Shown in pieces: positions 49,779 through 60,078 of a DNA stretch of 64,000 bases; within the stretch, counting starts at the first letter, position 1, and each line of letters starts with the position of its first letter. The notes under the pieces are model-generated. The model did not search any database. It saw only the letters and a program-made list of their open reading frames with translations, and had not been told where the DNA came from. Where the stretch lies: the NCBI GenBank assembly GCA_910586195.1, contig CAJUHO010000001.1, positions 38,933 through 102,932 of the forward strand. The letters are read 5' to 3'. The position numbers and the translations under genes were made by a program. The stretch is from an uncultured Bacilli bacterium. GTDB taxonomy: Bacteria; Bacillota_I; Bacilli_A; RF39; UBA660.

Positions 49779-52472
49779 ATGAAAAAAATGAGTCATAATG
49801 AAATTAGAAGTATGTGGTTTGCTTTTTTTAAAAGTAAAGGTCACAAGATAGTAGAAAGTGCATCATTAATACCAAAAGATGATAATAGTCTACTTTGGGT
49901 TAATGCGGGTGTTACCCCTTTAAAAAAATTTTTTGATGGTAGTGAAATTCCTGAATCTAGAAAAATCGCCAATATCCAAAGGTGTATTAGAACAAATGAC
50001 ATTGAAAATGTAGGAGTTACTAGGCGTCATTGTACATTTTTTGAAATGATGGGAAACTTTTCTATTGGAGATTATTTTAAAGAAGAGGCGATTGAATTCG
50101 CTTATGAATTGTTGACATCATCAAAGTGGTTTGCTATTCCACTAGAACGCCTTTATGTGACTGTTTACACAGAAGATGATACTGCTTATAAAAAGTGGTT
50201 ATCTTTAGGAATGCCAGATGATCATATTATTCGTCTAGATGAGAACTTTTGGGAAATAGGAGAAGGTCCATGCGGCCCAGATAGTGAAATTTTCTATGAC
50301 AGAGGAGAAAAGTATGATCCTGATGGGGATGCTTTTGAGAAATTTAAAGTAGATGAGGATCAAGAGCGATATATTGAAATCTGGAATAATGTTTTTTCGC
50401 AATATAATGCGAAGGCTAATACACCTAGAAATAAATATAAAGAGCTTCCTCATAAAAATATTGATACAGGAGCAGGTCTTGAGAGATGGTGTTGTATTTT
50501 TCAAGATGTAGATAGTGCCTATGATACAGACCTATTACAACCAGTCATTGAACGAATAGAAAAAATGACAGGAATTTTATATGATGGACAGACTGCTTTT
50601 AAAGTAATTGCTGATCATATTAAGGCCATTACTTTCGCATTATCAGATGGTGCTATTTTTGAAAATGTTGGTCGTGGGTATGTTCTTCGAAGACTTTTGA
50701 GAAGAAGTGTTCGTTATGGAAAAAAGTTAGGATTAAACAAACCGTTTATGTATTTATTAGTATCTGATGTAGTAGATATGATGGAAGAGGCTTATCCTTA
50801 CCTAAATGATAATAGAGGAGTAGTGGAGGCCTTGGTTCTAGAGGAAGAAAAACTCTTTATGACAACGCTAGATGCGGGTGAGAGGCGTTTAATGGAACTT
50901 ATGAAAAATTCACATGATAAAACAATTTCTGGAGAGGATGCCTTTAAGTTATATGATACTTTTGGTTTTCCATTTGAACTAACAGAAGAGTATTTAAAAG
51001 AACATCACTTTAGCGTAAGTCGTGAGGAATTTGAGCAGTATATGAAGTTACAAAAAGAGCAATCTCAAAAAAACGCTAAAATGCATTCTTCTATGACGAG
51101 TAAACGTCAAATTTTTCTTGATTTTACGAGGGACTCAACCTTTGTTTATGGACTTTACCGTCTAAAAAGTAGTGTTATTGGACTTTTTTCAGAGAGCGGT
51201 CAAGAAAAAAGCATTGAAAAAGAAGGATATATTGCTTTAAAAAGAACTTGTTTTTATGCAGAATCTGGTGGACAGGTAAGTGATACTGGAATGATTATTG
51301 GCAAGAATTTTAAGGCGAGAGTATTAGATGTTTTTAAAGCCCCTAATGGACAACATATTCATAAGGTTCGCCTTTTAGATGGTGCTATTGAACTGAGGGA
51401 TGACTGTGAAATTGTTGTAGATAAAGAACGAAGAAGAACAATAGAGGCCAATCATTCTAGTGTACATCTACTTCATTATGCACTTCGTAATATATTGGGT
51501 GATAAGGTTTATCAAGCTGGTAGTTACATTGATGAGGAACGTTTAAGACTAGATTTTACTTATCCAAAGAAACTTACTGATGATGATGTTTTAGAAGTTG
51601 AAAATCAAGTAAATGAATTAATTCGGAAAAAGCAAATCATTTCTACAGAGGTAATGCCCATAGATAAGGCTAAAAAATTAGGCGCTATGGCACTATTTAC
51701 AGAAAAATATGGAGAAGTAGTTCGTGTTGTTAAAATTGGTAAATCTATCGAGTTATGTGGGGGAACCCATGCCAATAATACAAAAGATATTGAAAAATTT
51801 GCGATATTTTCTTATGAATCAAAGGGAAGTAATACTTACCGAATAGAAGCTGTTACTGGAAAGAAGATAGAAAACACTCTATTTAATGTTATTAAGCCAT
51901 ATAATGATGAAATGATTAAATTATTGATGAAAGCACGTGCTATTCTAGATGAGGCAAGCAAAAATGGTATTGTTTTAGATTTCGATGTTCATATTGATAA
52001 TTCAAAACCAGAATCCTACAAAGATATTATTTTTAATTGTAATGAATTAGGATATATCCAAGGCGAAGTAAGAGATTTAGAAAAGAAATTTCAAGAACAG
52101 ATGAAAAGTGTAGCATTAAAAGATTTAGGTAAATATAGGGAAATGTTGCGAAAAAAAGATGGACTTTCTTATATCGTAATGCCAATAGATAATGCTGATA
52201 ATTATATGTTAAAAGTGATTGCAGATCATCTAGCAAATGAATTAGAACCGTGTGTAATCTTTTTAGCAAATGTGAAGGATGATAGTAGCGTGAATTTTAT
52301 CTGTCGTAGTAGTGCCTCTCTTCATGCAGGGCTTTTAATGAAAAAAGTATCTACATTTTGTAATGGAAATGGGGGAGGTAGTAACACCTTTGCCCAAGGT
52401 GGAACAAAAAAAGTAGATGATTTAGAAAAATTATTAAAAGAAATCAAACAGGAAATTATTCATGGAAAATAG
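49779..52472 (+). CDS. alaS: alanine--tRNA ligase
   Basis: N-terminal FF.SKGH, WVNAGV and FFEMMGNFS motifs, editing-domain HSSVHLLH and CGGTH, and a C-terminal DHHA1-like GGG. ATG 49779 follows GAAGGAGAAG. Confidence 0.97.
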   Translation: MKKMSHNEIRSMWFAFFKSKGHKIVESASLIPKDDNSLLWVNAGVTPLKKFFDGSEIPESRKIANIQRCIRTNDIENVGVTRRHCTFFEMMGNFSIGDYFKEEAIEFAYELLTSSKWFAIPLERLYVTVYTEDDTAYKKWLSLGMPDDHIIRLDENFWEIGEGPCGPDSEIFYDRGEKYDPDGDAFEKFKVDEDQERYIEIWNNVFSQYNAKANTPRNKYKELPHKNIDTGAGLERWCCIFQDVDSAYDTDLLQPVIERIEKMTGILYDGQTAFKVIADHIKAITFALSDGAIFENVGRGYVLRRLLRRSVRYGKKLGLNKPFMYLLVSDVVDMMEEAYPYLNDNRGVVEALVLEEEKLFMTTLDAGERRLMELMKNSHDKTISGEDAFKLYDTFGFPFELTEEYLKEHHFSVSREEFEQYMKLQKEQSQKNAKMHSSMTSKRQIFLDFTRDSTFVYGLYRLKSSVIGLFSESGQEKSIEKEGYIALKRTCFYAESGGQVSDTGMIIGKNFKARVLDVFKAPNGQHIHKVRLLDGAIELRDDCEIVVDKERRRTIEANHSSVHLLHYALRNILGDKVYQAGSYIDEERLRLDFTYPKKLTDDDVLEVENQVNELIRKKQIISTEVMPIDKAKKLGAMALFTEKYGEVVRVVKIGKSIELCGGTHANNTKDIEKFAIFSYESKGSNTYRIEAVTGKKIENTLFNVIKPYNDEMIKLLMKARAILDEASKNGIVLDFDVHIDNSKPESYKDIIFNCNELGYIQGEVRDLEKKFQEQMKSVALKDLGKYREMLRKKDGLSYIVMPIDNADNYMLKVIADHLANELEPCVIFLANVKDDSSVNFICRSSASLHAGLLMKKVSTFCNGNGGGSNTFAQGGTKKVDDLEKLLKEIKQEIIHGK

Positions 52473-53409
52473 GTGTTATTTAATTGAATATTCTGATAAT
52501 TATCTCTTTCGAGGGAAAGTGGAGGAATTGATTCATAAACATCAATTTCAACAATCAGAAATTACTTATTATGATTTAGAAGATGCTACATTAGCACATG
52601 TATTAGAAGATTTAGATACATACTCTTTTTTGACACCACAAAAAGTAATTGTTATTTCTAATGCTTTATTTTTAGCATCTTCTGATATAAAATTTAGTGA
52701 CGAAGAGATAAATCATATTATGAAGTATTTGGATAATCCAAATCCTGATGTTTTATTTATCATGGGAGTAGTAAAGTTTGATGAAAGAAAAAAGATTGTT
52801 AAAAATATTAAGAAAAAAATCCCTGTAATAACAGTTAATCCTGACGTTATGCAATATACTAAAGATTTACTAAAAGATTATAAGGTTGAAAATGATGCCT
52901 TATTATTGTTAATAGATTATTGTAATAATAGTGTTTCTAAGATTACTCATGAGTGTGAGAAGTTAAAAATGTTTGCTATTGATACAATGGAGATAAGAAG
53001 AGAAGATATAAAAAAAATAGTTACAAAAGATTTGACAGAGTTAGATACTATTGCCTTTGACTTTGTAAAATATATTGCATTAAAAGATAAGAAGAGAATG
53101 TTTAATTGTTATCAAATATTAAAAGAAAATAGTTTCGATATTCATTCGACGATTGGGCTTATTGAAAGCCAAATTCGACTTATTTATCAAGTTTTATTAG
53201 GAAAAAAGAAGAGGATGTCCAAGGATGAGATTGCTAAATATTTAAAAGAACATCCCTATCGTATTCAGAAAACCTTAGAATTTTTACCTTTTTATACAGA
53301 AAATGATATTCGGAACTTAATTCATAAATTACACGAACTAGATTATAAAATTAAGAGTGGACAAATAGAGGCCACTTTAGGTTTTGAAGTATTTTTGCTT
53401 TATATTTAA
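52462..53409 (+). CDS. holA: DNA polymerase III subunit delta
   Basis: About 315 aa with typical holA size and helical C-terminal pattern. Overlaps the alaS stop. The motif match is weak. Confidence 0.7.
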   Translation: MENRCYLIEYSDNYLFRGKVEELIHKHQFQQSEITYYDLEDATLAHVLEDLDTYSFLTPQKVIVISNALFLASSDIKFSDEEINHIMKYLDNPNPDVLFIMGVVKFDERKKIVKNIKKKIPVITVNPDVMQYTKDLLKDYKVENDALLLLIDYCNNSVSKITHECEKLKMFAIDTMEIRREDIKKIVTKDLTELDTIAFDFVKYIALKDKKRMFNCYQILKENSFDIHSTIGLIESQIRLIYQVLLGKKKRMSKDEIAKYLKEHPYRIQKTLEFLPFYTENDIRNLIHKLHELDYKIKSGQIEATLGFEVFLLYI

Positions 53410-53453
53410 AATAAGAATAATTAAAAATATTGAAAATAAATTAGGTGATATAG

Positions 53454-53861
53454 ATGAAAAATAGAAGTGAATTGCGTGAAATAATAATGAAAGTCATATA
53501 CCAAGTATTGATTTATGATAATACAAATTTAAATTATAGTGTTGATGACTTAATTGAAGAACAAATTGAAATAGAAAATGATTATGTGGAGACTATGGTA
53601 CATGGAATTTTAGAAAATAAAGATGCCTTGTTTCATCTTGCCAATAAATATTTAGTAGACTGGAAAATAGAGCGTTTAAATAAAGTGGATCAGGTGATTT
53701 TGTGTCTTGGAATATATGAGTTAATGTATACGGAGACTCCTGCTGTTGTGGCTATTAATGAGGCAATAGAGTTATCTCATAAATATAGTGAAGAAGCAGT
53801 TACAAAAATGATTAATGGGGTTTTAGATAACATTTATCATAGTGAGGATTATAATGAATGA
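53454..53861 (+). CDS. nusB: transcription antitermination factor NusB
   Basis: RSELREIIMKVIYQ N-terminus and VAINEAIELSHKYS pattern. nusB-xseA-xseB context. Confidence 0.88.
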   Translation: MKNRSELREIIMKVIYQVLIYDNTNLNYSVDDLIEEQIEIENDYVETMVHGILENKDALFHLANKYLVDWKIERLNKVDQVILCLGIYELMYTETPAVVAINEAIELSHKYSEEAVTKMINGVLDNIYHSEDYNE

Positions 53862-55107
53862 TAAATATATTACGATTAGTAGTTTAACTAAATATATTAA
53901 ATATAAAATTGATAATGATATCCATTTGCAGGAAGTGTATATCAAGGGAGAAATTTCTAATTTTAAGGCTCATTCTAGAGGGCACTTTTACTTTACATTA
54001 AAGGATGAGACAAGTCGTATCAATGCCATTATGTTTGCCTCCTCTGCTTCTAAGCTCGCTTTTGTCCCAAAGGATGGAATGAAAGTTTTTGTGACGGGAA
54101 AAGTGAGTGTTTACGAGGCAACAGGAGCTTACCAAATTTATGTATCAGAGCTTTTGGAAGATGGTGTTGGTAATTTATATGTTGCTTATGAACAATTGAA
54201 GAAAAAATTGGAAGGAGAAGGTTTATTTCAACAGCAGCATAAAAAGAAAATTCCAAAAATCCCCCAAAAAATAGGAATTATAACCGCACCAACAGGGGCG
54301 GCAATACGTGATATTCTTTCAACAATTAATAGAAGATGGAGATATGCCAATACCTTTCTTTATCCGGCTTTAGTACAGGGTATGGATGCAAAAGATGATA
54401 TTGTTAGACAAATAAAAAGAGCAGATATGGATAATTTAGATGTATTAATTATAGGCCGTGGTGGAGGCTCTATTGAAGATTTATGGAGTTTTAACGAAGA
54501 AGTAGTTGCTAGAGCTATTTATGAGGCTAAAACACCTATTATTAGTGCTGTAGGACATGAGGTGGATTTTACAATTGCAGATTTTGTAGCAGACGTTCGG
54601 GCGCCTACGCCAACAGGAGCAGCAGAAATGGCTGTTCCAAACGAACGAGACATTAAAAATCAGTTAATGCAATTAAAAATTCGTACAACAAAAGTGATTG
54701 ATAATTTGCTTCTTTTAAAAAGGCAAGAATTAAAACGTATTACCGATAAATATATTTTTAAAAATCCAGTTATGATTTATCAGGCTAAAGAACAAAGTTT
54801 TAGTTATCTTTTGGACCGTTTAAAACTATGTAGTAAAAATATAATCATTAAAAATCAACAAAAAATAGATTACTATAAAAATAGTTTTATTTTTAAAAAT
54901 CCAAAATTATTATTGGATAATAAAAAGCATCAATATTTGCAACTATTATCTAAATTAGAACCATTAAGTCCACTTCTTACTTTAAAACGTGGCTATATTA
55001 TTGCTAAAAGTAAAAATAAGGCTATTCAATATAAAAAAGATCTAAAAAAAGATGATAAATTAGAATTAACATTTCAAGATGGCGTGGTAGACGTAACAGT
55101 ATTATAG
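53854..55107 (+). CDS. xseA: exodeoxyribonuclease VII large subunit
   Basis: OB-fold N-terminus (V.GEISNFK.HSRGH.YFTLKD), IGIITAPTGAAIRD and RGGGSIEDLW. Confidence 0.92.
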   Translation: MNDKYITISSLTKYIKYKIDNDIHLQEVYIKGEISNFKAHSRGHFYFTLKDETSRINAIMFASSASKLAFVPKDGMKVFVTGKVSVYEATGAYQIYVSELLEDGVGNLYVAYEQLKKKLEGEGLFQQQHKKKIPKIPQKIGIITAPTGAAIRDILSTINRRWRYANTFLYPALVQGMDAKDDIVRQIKRADMDNLDVLIIGRGGGSIEDLWSFNEEVVARAIYEAKTPIISAVGHEVDFTIADFVADVRAPTPTGAAEMAVPNERDIKNQLMQLKIRTTKVIDNLLLLKRQELKRITDKYIFKNPVMIYQAKEQSFSYLLDRLKLCSKNIIIKNQQKIDYYKNSFIFKNPKLLLDNKKHQYLQLLSKLEPLSPLLTLKRGYIIAKSKNKAIQYKKDLKKDDKLELTFQDGVVDVTVL

Positions 55108-55121
55108 TATAAGGAGAAAAT

Positions 55122-55352
55122 ATGGAAGAGAAGAAAAATGAATTAAGTTTTGAAGAAAATTTAGAACAGTTATCAAAAATTGTAGAAAAACTAGAAACGG
55201 GAGAAATTCCATTAGATGATGCTATTTGTGAGTTCCAAAAAGCAACATTATTAGCAAAATCATGTGACGAAAAATTGAAGTCAGCAGAAGATGCAATATG
55301 TAAAATGGTAAGTGATAGTGGAGAATTAGAAGACTTTGAAATAGGAGAATAA
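55122..55352 (+). CDS. xseB: exodeoxyribonuclease VII small subunit
   Basis: 76 aa. SFEENLEQLSKIVEKLETGEIPLDDA is the XseB signature. Confidence 0.88.
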   Translation: MEEKKNELSFEENLEQLSKIVEKLETGEIPLDDAICEFQKATLLAKSCDEKLKSAEDAICKMVSDSGELEDFEIGE

Positions 55353-55438
55353 GTCTTTTATTTTTGGTAATATTTATAACTAGTAATTTTTATAAAAATA
55401 ATCATACTATAAATGTAGCCAATCGTTTTTAAAAGGAG

Positions 55439-56431
55439 ATGATGTTTATGAATTTTAAAAACAAGCTACGATTTCTTTTTGCCTTTCTTTTATTTATTCT
55501 ACCACTAAATGTCTTTGCTTATTCAGAATATATTATTCCTGGTGGTCAAACTGTTGGAATTGAAGTAAATTCAAAAGGAGTTTTAATAGTTGGATTTTAT
55601 AAAGTAAATAATACTTATATTGGCCGTGATGCGGGCTTTGAAGTTGGGGACAAAATCCTAAAACTAGATGGAAAAGAAGTAAATACTACTGAAGAAATGA
55701 TTCAAACTATTGAACAAAATGCGAATAAAGAACTGACGTTTACTATAATGCGTGATAAGCAGGAAAAAATAATAAAGTTTACTCTTGTTCCTGATGAAAG
55801 TGGCGTATATAAAACGGGACTTTATGTAAAAAATCAAATTAATGGGATTGGAACTTTAACTTATGTTGATCCAGAAACTTTAAAATTTGGTGCTTTGGGT
55901 CATGAAATTATTGAAAAAACAACGGCTTTAAAATTTGAAATTAAAGATGGAACAATATTTAATGCTGTTGTAACAGGGATTACCAAAAGCGAGCGTAATA
56001 AAGCAGGTGAAAAAAATGCTACTTATAATAAGAGTCAATTATATGGAAAAATAGAGGATAATGAAATATCAGGTATTTTTGGAAATTATACAGCATCCCT
56101 TCCTAATTTTGAAAAACTCAAAGTAGCAAAGCCAGCAGAAGTTCATACTGGTGAGGCAGTTATTCGAACAGTTGTAGAAGGAGAAACAATTAATGAATAT
56201 ACCATTAAAATCTTAAAGTTAGATGATAGCAGTAAGACAAAAAATATTTTATTTGAAATTACAGATAAGAAATTGCTTGAGAAAACAGGTGGTGTAGTTC
56301 AGGGAATGAGTGGTTCTCCAATTATTCAGGATAATAAAATAGTAGGTGCAGTAACACATGTAATAGTAAATGATAGTTCGAAAGGATATGGTATATTTAT
56401 TACTACTATGTTAGAAGAAGGCGAAAATTAA
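55439..56431 (+). CDS. spoIVB: SpoIVB peptidase (S55)
   Basis: Signal/TM segment, PDZ region (GDKILKLDGKEV), and protease motifs GTLTYVDPETLKFGALGH and GMSGSPII. Confidence 0.88.
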   Translation: MMFMNFKNKLRFLFAFLLFILPLNVFAYSEYIIPGGQTVGIEVNSKGVLIVGFYKVNNTYIGRDAGFEVGDKILKLDGKEVNTTEEMIQTIEQNANKELTFTIMRDKQEKIIKFTLVPDESGVYKTGLYVKNQINGIGTLTYVDPETLKFGALGHEIIEKTTALKFEIKDGTIFNAVVTGITKSERNKAGEKNATYNKSQLYGKIEDNEISGIFGNYTASLPNFEKLKVAKPAEVHTGEAVIRTVVEGETINEYTIKILKLDDSSKTKNILFEITDKKLLEKTGGVVQGMSGSPIIQDNKIVGAVTHVIVNDSSKGYGIFITTMLEEGEN

Positions 56432-56455
56432 AGGTGCTTAGTAGCATCTTTTTTT
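56432..56455 (+). terminator. intrinsic terminator after spoIVB
   Basis: AGGTGCT-TAGT-AGCATCT followed by T7. Confidence 0.6.
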
Positions 56456-56517
56456 GATCGATTTGAAAATTTTGTATTTTTTTATATTATTAATCCATAA
56501 TACTAATGGTGAAGAGT

Positions 56518-57234
56518 ATGGATATTAATGTTAAAGAAGTTTTAGGGATTATTCCTAGTAGTTTGATTTCTTTGTTAACTTTATTTTTGATTACAAAAAT
56601 TATTGGCAAAAAACAGGTTTCCGAACTTAGTTTATTTGATTATGTAATTGGTATTTCCATCGGAAACTTTTCTGCTGAAATGATTATTAATCAGGATGTA
56701 CAATATGTAAATGGTATGATGGCTATCGCTGTCTTTGGTGTAACAGCATGGTTTGTCAATTTATTATCAAGAAAAAGTATTGTGGTAAGGCGCTTATTGA
56801 TGGGAACACCTACTACAATAATAGAAAATGGTGTAATTCTCGAAAAAAGTTTAAAAGATTTAAATATGGATATTAATGATTTATTAGAGTATTGTAGAAG
56901 TGCTGGATATTTCCACATTGAAGAGGTGGCATTTGCAGTAATGGAAGCTAATGGCCAATTAAGTATTTTGCCAAAAGGTTCTTATAAACCTGTTACGTTA
57001 AAGGATATGAAAATAGCAGGTAGCAAAGAGGAATTAGATAGTAATATTATTATAGATGGTAAGTTCATGGAAGAAAACATTAAAAACTCATCTAAAGGGA
57101 TGGACTGGATTCAAAAGGAACTAAAGAAAAATGGATATAATAAGCCTGATGATATTCTTTTAGGAATTATTAGTAGTAATAAGTTAGTACTTTATCCAAA
57201 AAATAGGGAAGATTCCAGAGAAGTTTTAGAATAA
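56518..57234 (+). CDS. DUF421 (YetF-like) membrane protein
   Basis: Two or three N-terminal TM segments, then the pattern GKKQVSELSLFDYV and a soluble C-terminal domain typical of YetF/YdfS-type proteins. Confidence 0.7.
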   Translation: MDINVKEVLGIIPSSLISLLTLFLITKIIGKKQVSELSLFDYVIGISIGNFSAEMIINQDVQYVNGMMAIAVFGVTAWFVNLLSRKSIVVRRLLMGTPTTIIENGVILEKSLKDLNMDINDLLEYCRSAGYFHIEEVAFAVMEANGQLSILPKGSYKPVTLKDMKIAGSKEELDSNIIIDGKFMEENIKNSSKGMDWIQKELKKNGYNKPDDILLGIISSNKLVLYPKNREDSREVLE

Positions 57235-57248
57235 ATATAGGTGATATC

Positions 57249-57542
57249 ATGAAGGTATGGAAGAAAGTTCACTTGAAAGAACAAGATAAAAACATTAATA
57301 TATTAAGTAATACTATTACTAATTATTTATATACAAATGGGCCGCTGGAGCAATTGTGTATGAAATATCATGTTAATCATCAGGAAATAAAAAAATATAT
57401 TGCTAATAGAATTGCTGGAATCTTAGTAATTTATATTGCTAATGATCAAAGAAGAATACATGATATTGTAAATCGGTATTATACAAAAGAGACCTTTTTA
57501 TCTCATATCATTCCAGAACTAGAGGGATATATAGATCAATAG
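57249..57542 (+). CDS. hypothetical protein
   Basis: 97-aa ORF with RBS-like TAGGTGA upstream. No motifs. Confidence 0.45.
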   Translation: MKVWKKVHLKEQDKNINILSNTITNYLYTNGPLEQLCMKYHVNHQEIKKYIANRIAGILVIYIANDQRRIHDIVNRYYTKETFLSHIIPELEGYIDQ

Positions 57543-57544
57543 TA

Positions 57545-57573
57545 AAAAAGATTGGATATTTTCCAATCTTTTT
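57545..57573. terminator. bidirectional intrinsic terminator
   Basis: Perfect 12-bp stem AAAAAGATTGGA / TCCAATCTTTTT with a 5-nt loop. Confidence 0.75.
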
Positions 57574-57583
57574 GCCGCAATTA

Positions 57584-57670
57584 TTAAATATATAATAAGG
57601 CACTTATAAAGCTTGCTATCATGGCAAGTACCATAATAATCGCAACAACACGAATTACTTTTTTATTCAT
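57584..57670 (-). CDS. 28-aa single-TM micro-protein
   Basis: ATG 57670 lies 5 nt after GAGGTGA. Sequence MNKKVIRVVAIIMVLAMIASFISALLYI. The terminator is immediately downstream. Confidence 0.45.
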   Translation of the reverse strand: MNKKVIRVVAIIMVLAMIASFISALLYI

Positions 57671-57772
57671 AGAGGTCACCTCTTTCTTATTATAAAATAA
57701 ATGGGGAAAATTGTAAATTCTTTTTCTACATGAAATAATTTTTTCTCTAATATAGTTTATTAGAGGTGAAAT

Positions 57773-58366
57773 ATGAAACCACAAACACAAAATCAAAAAA
57801 AATTATTTATAGGGTTAATTATTGGAGCAGGAATTAGTATTCTTTTAGGAATTGTTATTATGGCACTATTATCTAAAAATAATAAAGAATTAGTGACGAA
57901 CACTATCACCGCTTTTATGAGTCAAGTAAAAAAAGGAAATTTAAATTATCAGCAGGCGATTATACAAAGTCTTATGCAAAATAGTATAGAATGTATTTTA
58001 TTATTCTTTTTAGGAATGTCTATTATTGGAATACCGATAACACTTTTTTTATTCTTTAGTCATGCGTTTGTCTTAGGATTTTCGATGGTTAGCATTTTTC
58101 ATGTATATAAATGGAAGGGAATCTTATTAGCTCTTATTTATTCATTACCACAAGTTCTTAATCTTCTAATCTTACTTGTTTTCTGTTACTTTTCTTTACT
58201 TTTTTCTAAATATTTATTTTATCAATTATTTTTAAAGAAAGATATTTCCTTTAAAAGAATCATGAACCGTTATGTAAAAGTATTTGGGATATGTTTTGGA
58301 CTATTATTAATAAGCAGTACTATAGAAATATTTTTAGTTCCTAAAATTTTAAAATTTATTTTATAA
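57773..58366 (+). CDS. spoIIM: stage II sporulation protein M-like (DUF95) membrane protein
   Basis: About 197 aa with 5 TM segments and topology and size typical of SpoIIM. Assigned by architecture and sporulation context. Confidence 0.55.
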   Translation: MKPQTQNQKKLFIGLIIGAGISILLGIVIMALLSKNNKELVTNTITAFMSQVKKGNLNYQQAIIQSLMQNSIECILLFFLGMSIIGIPITLFLFFSHAFVLGFSMVSIFHVYKWKGILLALIYSLPQVLNLLILLVFCYFSLLFSKYLFYQLFLKKDISFKRIMNRYVKVFGICFGLLLISSTIEIFLVPKILKFIL

Positions 58367-58444
58367 AATAATATGAATTTTAGTTTATACTTTTGGATTA
58401 GTCTTATAAATAATCTCTATAATATATTTTCTAATATGATATTA

Positions 58445-59401
58445 TTAATGATATTTAGAAAAATTTTTTATATAATCATAAATTAATGGAATTAATATTA
58501 CTGTTGAGATATAATTATAAACGTCTATAATAGCTTGATTAATAGGAAAAGCTTTATCTGTCAATATTGAAATATATACTATTGAAATTGATACAATAAT
58601 TGATATACTTGTAATTTTTTTAGTTACTTTATGACTATCATTGTTAAGGTCATCAACAATATGGAGTATAATATTTATTTTATTTTTCAAAAAACAAATG
58701 GTTAACTGGAAAACAATAACTACTAAATTAAGTATAATAGTGGGCACAGCTAAAAATGAGTATATTATTATATCAATAATATAAAAAGTTTTAGAATTAA
58801 ATTTTTTATAAAGAAGAAAATCATAGTCTTTTAATTTAGGAGAAATACTATTAGATGGTTTTTTTTTCAAAGTAATAGGTTTTAAGATAATAATATTTGA
58901 GATTAATATTGTAAGGTTTTCGAATAAGAAAAATAAAAATAGCATTATTTTTATTAGCAAATAGGAAATAAGGAGTAATTCTTTAACAGTGTGATTAATA
59001 TTAGAACAAAAACCATAGTAGACAGTTGGAGCATATGATGAACAAAATATTATAAAAATAATTTCAGACCACAGTTTAAAATATTTAGTTTCTGTAGAGA
59101 GAGTTTGACATTTTTTTAATATATTATAAAAACTTTTAATTAAAATAATACTAGGTATAATAAAATATACAAGCCAAGAAAAAGTAACGTTATATTTAAT
59201 ATAAGAATATACAAATAGTATTACCATAGCTAAAAACAAAATATGTATTTTGCATTTTTCAACACTATTTAATGTTGGCATAGTATTTAACTTCGTTTTT
59301 TTCTGTTTATAATTTATAATTGTTGTTAAAAATAAATTCATCAAAAGTAGTAAACCTATTATAATTTCAAATACAGTATCATTTAAAATGAAATTTATCA
59401 T
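58445..59401 (-). CDS. hypothetical polytopic membrane protein (extremely AT-rich gene)
   Basis: ATG 59401 lies 5 nt after GGAGGG. About 8 TM segments with I/L/F/K/N/Y-dominated composition. No motifs. Confidence 0.5.
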   Translation of the reverse strand: MINFILNDTVFEIIIGLLLLMNLFLTTIINYKQKKTKLNTMPTLNSVEKCKIHILFLAMVILFVYSYIKYNVTFSWLVYFIIPSIILIKSFYNILKKCQTLSTETKYFKLWSEIIFIIFCSSYAPTVYYGFCSNINHTVKELLLISYLLIKIMLFLFFLFENLTILISNIIILKPITLKKKPSNSISPKLKDYDFLLYKKFNSKTFYIIDIIIYSFLAVPTIILNLVVIVFQLTICFLKNKINIILHIVDDLNNDSHKVTKKITSISIIVSISIVYISILTDKAFPINQAIIDVYNYISTVILIPLIYDYIKNFSKYH

Positions 59402-59562
59402 AATACCCTCCACAATAACCTGGTTATATATTTTATCAACTTATTAAATGAATATCAATCATAAATTGTAGAATTTAAGATATAATCAATTTATTTATAA
59501 CGATATCTATAATTATGTTATACTATTAATGTTATATAACATTATAATGTAGGAGAAGGAAA

Positions 59563-60069
59563 ATGTTTAATATTCAAGATTATTATTTAGGGGTTATTAT
59601 TCCTCAGCTTAGTTATTATCAAAATCCACAACGTCATAGGTATATTGGGGATATTTCTTTTGACCCATTTAATGAAATACCACCAATTGTAGCATTAACA
59701 ATGGGTGAGGTAACTTTGCTCCATAAAAAGGGAGAAAATTATTATGATGAGTATTACTCTCGTTATAAGAACGAATTATATTATAAATTGGGAGAGACTA
59801 ATAATTTAGGGATTATACTAGCATTTGCAGAACCTTTTCAGAAATACTATGCTGAAGAACCAGTATTTTATAATCAGGAAGATATTGAAAGTGATTATTA
59901 TAAGTTAGCAGAAATACTTGATAAACATTCTTATTATATTGCACACTTGAAATTAAATAAGACAGATGCCATTATGACATTAGATGATAATCCAATTATG
60001 CAAGTGAGAGATGATTATATAAAAATGTTATATCATGATAATGGAATTGTGTATCAAAAAAGAAAGTAG
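59563..60069 (+). CDS. hypothetical protein
   Basis: 168-aa ORF with RBS AGGAGAAGGAAA. Tyr-rich, no motifs. Confidence 0.5.
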   Translation: MFNIQDYYLGVIIPQLSYYQNPQRHRYIGDISFDPFNEIPPIVALTMGEVTLLHKKGENYYDEYYSRYKNELYYKLGETNNLGIILAFAEPFQKYYAEEPVFYNQEDIESDYYKLAEILDKHSYYIAHLKLNKTDAIMTLDDNPIMQVRDDYIKMLYHDNGIVYQKRK

Positions 60070-60078
60070 GAGAAGTAT

